Of a stretch of DNA of 62,636 bases, positions 57,247 through 62,636 are shown piece by piece (position 1 is the first letter of the stretch; the number at the start of each line of letters is the position of its first letter). Under the pieces are notes generated by a model. It ran no database searches and was not told the DNA's origin. It saw only the letters and a list, made by a program, of their open reading frames with translations. The stretch comes from Thermoplasmata archaeon (GTDB taxonomy: Archaea; Thermoplasmatota; SW-10-69-26; JACQPN01; JAJPHT01): NCBI GenBank assembly GCA_034667685.1, contig JAXDQU010000042.1:1-62636 (forward strand), given 5' to 3'. The position numbers and the translations under genes were made by a program.

Positions 57247-59231
57247 CCGGTCACCTTGGCGAGGACGATGGCGAGGAAGATCATGGTCAGGACGAGGCCG
57301 ATGCCCCAGGCGAGGGCGTCGAAGGCGTGGGCGGCGATGAAGCCGGCCCCGGTGCCGGGCCCGGTGAATGCGCCGGGGCTGGCGCCGCTGGGATTCCCAT
57401 GCGGCGCGGGCCCGCCTGTGGAGCCGCCCGAGTCGCCGCCGGCGAGTGTCTCTTGGTCGCCCCAGTACGTCGTCTGGGAGGAGTCGCAGGCTGCATTCGA
57501 TCCCTCGTTTTGGACGACGTGGACCACGCAGCTGAGGCCTGCGTCGTCCTGGTAGGCGCTATAGCCTTCACTGCCCACGTGCTGGTCGGCCATGACCCAG
57601 AGATAGTAGTCCCCGCCAGTCGGCAGGTCGGTGTCCTGGAACGTGTACGTGCGCAAGGTGGGGTGCTGGAGCAGGGAGTCGACGCCGGCGTACTTGTCGA
57701 GCGTCCACGTCCAGTTGACCGGATCGTCGCGTGGGACCGTCTGAGCGACGATTTCCCACGAGACGAAGGTGTTGTTCGCGTACTGCGCAGCGGGCGCGGG
57801 CGTGGGAAGGCTCGCCGTGTAGGTCCACGACACGGTCGTGAGCGTCCCGTCGTCGTGTACAGACACGGGATAATCGTGGAGCAGTTCGGTGTGGTAGGCG
57901 CGCGGCCAGCACGTCTGGTTCACCTTTGCGATCGGGCTGCGGTTGTCGTTGATGGCGTAGACGCCGAATTCAACGTGGCCCGGGCAGGGCGTGTAGGCTT
58001 GCCAGTAGGTGGGGAGAAGGTAGTCGCCCTCGCCGCTTCTGCCTTGGTCGCCCCCGTAGGCCGGGTTGGGCCCGTCGCTGTAGATCGCCGTGCCGTTCTC
58101 GTCGAAGGCCGTCGCGTAGACTTCCCACCGGTAGGCGCCTTCGGGGTCCACGGGTAGGCCCGTGACGGGGTCGGGCGCGGCGCCAAGCGTGCCGTTCCAG
58201 CGGATGTGCGTCATGAACGGGCTGCTCGTCACGATGCGAAGGTCGGTGGGCGCGGATGGGGAGGGGACGACGCGAACGTCGGGGCTCACGTTACTCTCGC
58301 CGCCGGCGTTGGTGGCGACGGCGCGGTAGTTCCCGCTGGGCGCTCCCACGAGGCTCGTGCTCGTTGTCCCGCTGAGCAGGAGGCCGTAGCCGCTCGCGCT
58401 CATCGGCGTGGTCGCCTCATGCGAGGAGGCGTCCGCATAGAGGTCATAGGCCGTGGCGTCGTTCACGAGCTGGGCGTAGGCGAGTTGCGCGACGATGGGG
58501 ATGCCGCTGAAGCTGCACGTGCCGTAGCTCCACTCGGCGACCTCGTCGTCCGCGATTGTTTCGGGCGTGTGGAGGTAGGCGCCGTTGCAGCCGACCGCTT
58601 GGGCGACCGTGTCGCTCTTGTAATAGTTGGGATAGCTTGGGCTCCCCGTGGCGTAGGCGCCCATCAGGAGGCCGAGGTTCACGCCGGCGTGCTGGGGCGT
58701 GAACTCGAGCTTGACGATGTCCGCGATGCCATAGCCGACGTTCTTCGCCACGCTCGCCACGCTAGTAATCTTGCACGCGGCGGCGGATTCGGGTGCGGTG
58801 CCGTTTGCGAATGATGCGTGGCCCGCCTCGTCGCCCGTGAGCGTGCAGATCTCGCCGCCCGTCGTCGTGTCGTAGAGGCGAATGCTGGGCAGGGTGCCGC
58901 CCACGTCGTTCCACCCCACAGTCATGACGATGCGCGCGCCCACGGGGAGGTCGTGGGTCTGCGTGATGTTCACGTAGTGCTGCGCGTTCTGGGGCGGGCA
59001 ACAGGTGCCTCGCCCACTGAGCTCGTCGAGCTGGTTGAAATCGTCCGCGGCGCCCATGCACGTCGCGCCGTCGCATCGAGAGGAGTGCGGGTCGGCGCTC
59101 CAGGAGAGCGTGGCGATGCCATCTGAGTTCCAGGAGACGCTCAGGTCGGCGGCGCGTTGGGGGCCTGCGGCGGCTGCGGTTCCACAGCAGAGCAAGGCGA
59201 GCACGAGGACGGGCGCGGGTCGATTTCGCAT
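57243..59231 (-). CDS. Multi-domain FN3 protein with Gly-rich linker and TM anchor (pIII-like; candidate 3)
   Basis: Signal peptide; YRAVATNAGGES, PSAPTDL; GGDSGGSTGG linker; C-terminal TM. Confidence 0.8.
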   Translation of the reverse strand: MRNRPAPVLVLALLCCGTAAAAGPQRAADLSVSWNSDGIATLSWSADPHSSRCDGATCMGAADDFNQLDELSGRGTCCPPQNAQHYVNITQTHDLPVGARIVMTVGWNDVGGTLPSIRLYDTTTGGEICTLTGDEAGHASFANGTAPESAAACKITSVASVAKNVGYGIADIVKLEFTPQHAGVNLGLLMGAYATGSPSYPNYYKSDTVAQAVGCNGAYLHTPETIADDEVAEWSYGTCSFSGIPIVAQLAYAQLVNDATAYDLYADASSHEATTPMSASGYGLLLSGTTSTSLVGAPSGNYRAVATNAGGESNVSPDVRVVPSPSAPTDLRIVTSSPFMTHIRWNGTLGAAPDPVTGLPVDPEGAYRWEVYATAFDENGTAIYSDGPNPAYGGDQGRSGEGDYLLPTYWQAYTPCPGHVEFGVYAINDNRSPIAKVNQTCWPRAYHTELLHDYPVSVHDDGTLTTVSWTYTASLPTPAPAAQYANNTFVSWEIVAQTVPRDDPVNWTWTLDKYAGVDSLLQHPTLRTYTFQDTDLPTGGDYYLWVMADQHVGSEGYSAYQDDAGLSCVVHVVQNEGSNAACDSSQTTYWGDQETLAGGDSGGSTGGPAPHGNPSGASPGAFTGPGTGAGFIAAHAFDALAWGIGLVLTMIFLAIVLAKVTG

Positions 59232-59237
59232 GAGGAT

Positions 59238-60194
59238 CTACTCCAGGATGTGCCGGACCAGGGCGCCGGCGATGACGAGGAAGAGGATGATGCCGAACCA
59301 GACGCTGAGGATTCCGAAGGCGGTGCTATCGTTCGCCTGGAGCTGGGGGCCGATGGCGAGGGGCCCGCTCGTGGGCGGGGTAGGCGGGATGCCGCTGGTC
59401 GTGCCGATGGTGGTTGCCTCGTGGCTTGTGCGCCAGGCGTCGCGCGCCGTGACGCCGATCCCGTAGTCGCTCTCTGCGGCGAGGCCCGTGATGCTCACGG
59501 CAGTGGTGTTCGTCGTGTAGAGGGGCGTGCCATCGAGCGTGACAGCGTAGCTTGTCGCGCCCGTCACGGCGTCCCAGGTGACGGTCAGGCTCGACGGGCT
59601 CGAGGCGATGGCTTGGAGGTCTTGCACGGTGGGCAGGGTGCTCGTCGTGCCGTTGGCGGCGCTCGCGTGGAAGACGACGGCGCTGGTGCTCGTGTTGGAG
59701 TCCTCCAGGTTCGTGAAGCGCGTCACGAAGCCTGCCATCGAGGGGTCCGTCGGGGCGGTGACGCGCTGGTAGTAGCACGCCTGCTGGCTGCCCACGCGGA
59801 AGGTGGGCGCATGGGGCGAGTAGGGATCGGCGCGCAGGTCGAGGTGGACGATGGCGCTCCAGCCGCCGTTCCCGTTATCCTCGGCGGCGACCGTGTTCAT
59901 GGGTACGGCGCCGTAGGATTGGAGGAGCGTTCCATCGCTGCGCACGGTGAAGATCGCGTCGAGGCCCGAGGGCGCCTCGCGGTAGAGCGTGACCGAGTCG
60001 CTGGCCAGGTTCGAGCCCAGCTTGAGCAGGTAGTCGTCCGCGCTGGAGCCGTAGTGGAGCGTGGCGCTCATGCCGTGCGGGCTCGCGCAGTACGCCGTGG
60101 GCGTCGTGACCTGGTCGGCGACCTCCTGCTCCGTCATGGCCGCGCCCACGGGCGCGGCGAGGAGAAGCAAGAGGATGGCGGTGCGGGCGAGCAT
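59238..60194 (-). CDS. FN3 protein with coat-like anchor (candidate 2)
   Basis: Signal peptide; SLTVTWDAVTGATSY..GLAAESDY.IGVTA; paralog of 60201-61238. Confidence 0.85.
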   Translation of the reverse strand: MLARTAILLLLLAAPVGAAMTEQEVADQVTTPTAYCASPHGMSATLHYGSSADDYLLKLGSNLASDSVTLYREAPSGLDAIFTVRSDGTLLQSYGAVPMNTVAAEDNGNGGWSAIVHLDLRADPYSPHAPTFRVGSQQACYYQRVTAPTDPSMAGFVTRFTNLEDSNTSTSAVVFHASAANGTTSTLPTVQDLQAIASSPSSLTVTWDAVTGATSYAVTLDGTPLYTTNTTAVSITGLAAESDYGIGVTARDAWRTSHEATTIGTTSGIPPTPPTSGPLAIGPQLQANDSTAFGILSVWFGIILFLVIAGALVRHILE

Positions 60195-60200
60195 GGGAGC

Positions 60201-61238
60201 TTACTCCATGAGTTTTCGGAGGATGATGCCGGCGAAGATGAGGCTGAAAACGATGGGCGCCCAGATGACGAGCATCTTGACGCCCGGGCCCAGATCGCCG
60301 TTGTCGATGACGATCTCGCGCGGGGCGATCGTGTCGCCGCTCGTGGGGGGCGCGGGCGCGTCGGTCGTGCCCGTCGTGTGTCTCTCTGGGCTTGAGCGCC
60401 ACGAGTCGTGGGCCCTCACGCCGAAGGTGTACGTGGTGCCCGGGCCGAGGTCGGTGAGCGTGACGAAGGTGGCGTTGGTTGAGGCGATGGTTGAGCCATC
60501 GAGCGTTAGGGTGTAGGACGTCGCGCCTTCCACGGGGTCCCACGCGAAGCTGAGCGTCGTCGTGGTCGCGCCGGTGGCGCGCAGGTTGGCGGGCGCGTCG
60601 AGCGCGTCGCTGGTTCCGTTCGCGGCGGTCGTGTCGAAGGCGAGGAACGTGGGCCAGCAGAGAACGGTGCCCACGCAGCCGCTGTGTGTGCCAATGGTGC
60701 CAGCGCGGCCCCAGAAGCCCGTTATGTCGTTGTCGTTCGTGACGCCGTTCTGATCGGTCAGGAAGCAGAGGTCTTGGCCGGGGTCGGTGACGTAGTAGTC
60801 GCCGTCGCTTCCCGAAGGGTGTGTGAGGTCGAGGTGGAGGATGGCGAACCACGCTGTGGCGTTGACGTCCTCGATGGCAACGAGGTTGACGGGGCGCGTT
60901 CCGTCCCATTGAGTAATCGTGCCGTCGTGGTGGACGTCAGCCACTTGGGCGGTGGAGCCGAAGCCGAGCCACCGTCCGAGGGTGAACGCGTCGGTTGCGT
61001 TAACGCCGACCTTCAGCGTCCAGAGGGCGTGGCCGCCGCTGAGGTCGACCACCGCGTTGACGCCGGCCTCGCGCACGAGCCATTCCGTGGCGCAAGTTGA
61101 GGCGGGCTCTCCGACTTGGTCAGCGAGTTCCCTCTCCGTGAGCGCGCTGCTCGGTTGGGCGAACAGAACGAGGGCGATGGCCGCCCAGCATTGTTTGAGG
61201 CTGATTTTGGCCAGTGCGTGGCGCAGGGAAGTCGTCAT
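60201..61238 (-). CDS. FN3 protein with coat-like anchor (candidate 1)
   Basis: APANLRATG..WDPVEGATSY..DLGPGTTYTFGVRA; ends MLVIWAPIVFSLIFAGIILRKLME. Confidence 0.85.
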   Translation of the reverse strand: MTTSLRHALAKISLKQCWAAIALVLFAQPSSALTERELADQVGEPASTCATEWLVREAGVNAVVDLSGGHALWTLKVGVNATDAFTLGRWLGFGSTAQVADVHHDGTITQWDGTRPVNLVAIEDVNATAWFAILHLDLTHPSGSDGDYYVTDPGQDLCFLTDQNGVTNDNDITGFWGRAGTIGTHSGCVGTVLCWPTFLAFDTTAANGTSDALDAPANLRATGATTTTLSFAWDPVEGATSYTLTLDGSTIASTNATFVTLTDLGPGTTYTFGVRAHDSWRSSPERHTTGTTDAPAPPTSGDTIAPREIVIDNGDLGPGVKMLVIWAPIVFSLIFAGIILRKLME

Positions 61239-61258
61239 AGTGATCGTGAAGAGGCGGG

Positions 61259-61288
61259 GGCCCCGCCCGCGGCGACGTGGGCGGGGCC
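61259..61288 (-). terminator. GC-rich hairpin directly after the coat gene (attenuator/mRNA stabiliser candidate)
   Basis: 10-bp stem ggccccgccc/gggcggggcc, 10-nt loop; no strong U-tract. Confidence 0.45.
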
Positions 61289-61307
61289 AAGCGCGACGTG
61301 CGGGCAT

Positions 61308-61553
61308 TCAGTGCTGCTGGTTGCCGAAGAGGCGGATCCCGATCGCGCTCAGCGCCAGGCCGAGCATGATGAACAGGATCACGAAGGGCACCCACGTCGC
61401 GAGCGTGTTGACGATGTTGTCCTTCATCGCCGTGACGTTCTCCGTCACGGAGGCGTCGTCGGCGCTCGCGGGACCCGCGAGAGCCGTCAGAAGCAGGGGG
61501 GCGCCGAGGCAGAGGGCCACGGCGAGCGTCGGGAAGAAATTCTTGGCGTTCAT
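61308..61553 (-). CDS. Putative major coat protein (inovirus pVIII-like architecture)
   Basis: 31-aa signal ending ASA; 50-aa mature: acidic DDASVTE, amphipathic helix, TM, short C-tail with Arg. Confidence 0.68.
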   Translation of the reverse strand: MNAKNFFPTLAVALCLGAPLLLTALAGPASADDASVTENVTAMKDNIVNTLATWVPFVILFIMLGLALSAIGIRLFGNQQH

Positions 61554-61789
61554 GGGTGTGTTACCCACGACGCTGCTCGACCGGGCGGGCAATAGGAGCC
61601 GTGCCGGCCAATCGCGGGCGTTCCGCTCTGAGGCCTGACGGTCCGCACTCGGCGCGGACGTTCGCGCCAGCCAAGAGCGCGCTCACGCACGCCCGCACGG
61701 ATCGCAGAGCATTACGGCGAGGCGCCGCAGGAAAGCCTCACGGCGCGCTAAGGTTCCGCCGAGTCTCGCAGTGGAATGCCCGCTGCGAT

Positions 61790-62098
61790 TTAGGGGCCGC
61801 GGTCGATCTTCGCGCGCGCCTTGCGGGCGATCACGAAGCAGACCACAATCGCAATCAGAAGGCCGGCGGCCTCGCTGGTGCGGCCCTCGGTGTCGCTCGC
61901 CCAGAACAAGACGAGCGTGAGCACGATGGCGACGAGCGCGAAGAACCCGGCGATGATACGCGGCCAGGGCCCGGCTTCCCAGGCCGCGCCACGCGAGACG
62001 CGCTCCTGCTTCTCCAAGAGAAGACGGCCGCGACGAGCATTGTATTCGGCGCTGAAGGGATTTAGACGACTCCGAAGGTAGTCCCTTCCGAGGCCCAT
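61790..62098 (-). CDS. Small 2-TM protein
   Basis: IIAGFFALVAIVLTLVLFW and AAGLLIAIVVCFVIA; basic termini. Confidence 0.7.
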   Translation of the reverse strand: MGLGRDYLRSRLNPFSAEYNARRGRLLLEKQERVSRGAAWEAGPWPRIIAGFFALVAIVLTLVLFWASDTEGRTSEAAGLLIAIVVCFVIARKARAKIDRGP

Positions 62099-62129
62099 GA
62101 TCCTCGTGCAGGAGCGCGGCCAGACTTGA

Positions 62130-62500
62130 AAGCGTGCCTGTTCGGCACGTACATCGTGGCCTTGTGCCAGGGCGCGGCCCCCGGGCTGGGGGAGGGACGC
62201 GGCCGCGCCCATCCTGGGCTTGGACCTCGCGATTCCCGGTCGCCCCACAAGGGTTGCCGTCCCACCGGAGGCTGCACCTCCACGTTCCGGGTCCCTCCCG
62301 GGCACGGCCACGCCTGCCGCGCCGCACAGCGACACCTCATCCCGCCACGGCGGGGCAAAGCGCGTCCACGCACGAACGATTTCCTGCTCATCAGCAGGGG
62401 TCTAAGGGAAGGAGTCGCGGCCACAGACCGATCCGTTATCTCCGAAAGGGACCGTTCCGCGATGCACGCCCATGTCCGTCGATCCGCTCCTCCCCCAGCT
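62130..62500. other. Highly structured non-coding segment
   Basis: Multiple perfect 9-12-bp complementary pairs and local hairpins; no convincing ORF. Confidence 0.5.
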
Positions 62501-62506
62501 TCGCCC

Positions 62507-62524
62507 AACAAAAGAAAGAAAGAC
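62507..62524 (-). terminator. Oligo-T archaeal-type terminator candidate
   Basis: Minus strand GTCTTTCTTTCTTTTGTT just after the stop at 62532. Confidence 0.45.
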
Positions 62525-62531
62525 AGCGCGA

Positions 62532-62636
62532 TCACTCCTCGTCCGTCGGATACTCGGGTTCCGGGTCGGACCAGAGGTTCTCGCGCAGCCTGCGCTTCTC
62601 GCGGCCCTTCAGGCTGTAGTAGCCCACCTCCTCGAG
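62532..62636 (-). CDS. Partial gene, 3' end only
   Basis: LEEVGYYSLKGREKRRLRENLWSDPEPEYPTDEE*; runs off the window. Confidence 0.5.
   Translation of the reverse strand, partial: LEEVGYYSLKGREKRRLRENLWSDPEPEYPTDEE

Larger units (their letters stand above)
42358..62530 (-). mobile_element. Rolling-circle provirus-like module (inovirus/pleolipovirus-like)
   Basis: About 24 co-oriented, often stop/start-overlapping genes: Rep, Zot-like ATPase, TM proteins, pVIII-like coat; no terminase, portal or HK97 capsid. Confidence 0.7.
4536..62636. mobile_element. Integrated genomic island / composite proviral element; right end not seen
   Basis: Starts at a broken host gene, integrase at left end, less biased codon usage, Cdc6 and HUH Rep, no housekeeping genes. 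Confidence 0.7.

Noticed and set aside
62378-62398. Hammerhead ribozyme (minus strand CTGATGAG..GAAA)
   Set aside because: Only 3 nt between CUGAUGAG and GAAA, so no stem II; better explained as the hairpin cctgct-gatg-agcagg.
62130-62500. SRP RNA, RNase P RNA or tRNA (att site)
   Set aside because: No SRP helix-8 motif, no GAGGAAAGUCC, and no cloverleaf or T-loop found by eye.

Overview
GC-rich archaeal DNA (TFB-like cyclin, Orc1/Cdc6, TrmB, many N-x-S/T sequons; Thermoplasmatota-like by inference). Bases 1-4535 hold host genes (SufT/DUF59, ABC permease, OsmC, peroxiredoxin, PAS domain) and end in an Asp-box beta-propeller gene cut at about 4536. From there to the window end is an integrated island of at least 58 kb. 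It has an RHH + tyrosine-integrase module, then about 35 kb of surface-protein cargo (including a 3570-aa protein with an expanding lipoprotein array, and a degenerate Cdc6-SPFH operon), then a co-oriented ~20 kb minus-strand virus-like module. That module holds an HUH rolling-circle Rep with a hairpin origin candidate, a Zot/pI-like ATPase, membrane proteins, a pVIII-like 50-aa coat protein and four FN3 proteins ending in coat-like helices. Best candidate novelty: a filamentous (inovirus-like) or pleolipovirus-like archaeal provirus showing 'natural phage display' of adhesin domains. All family calls come from motifs read by eye; no searches were run.
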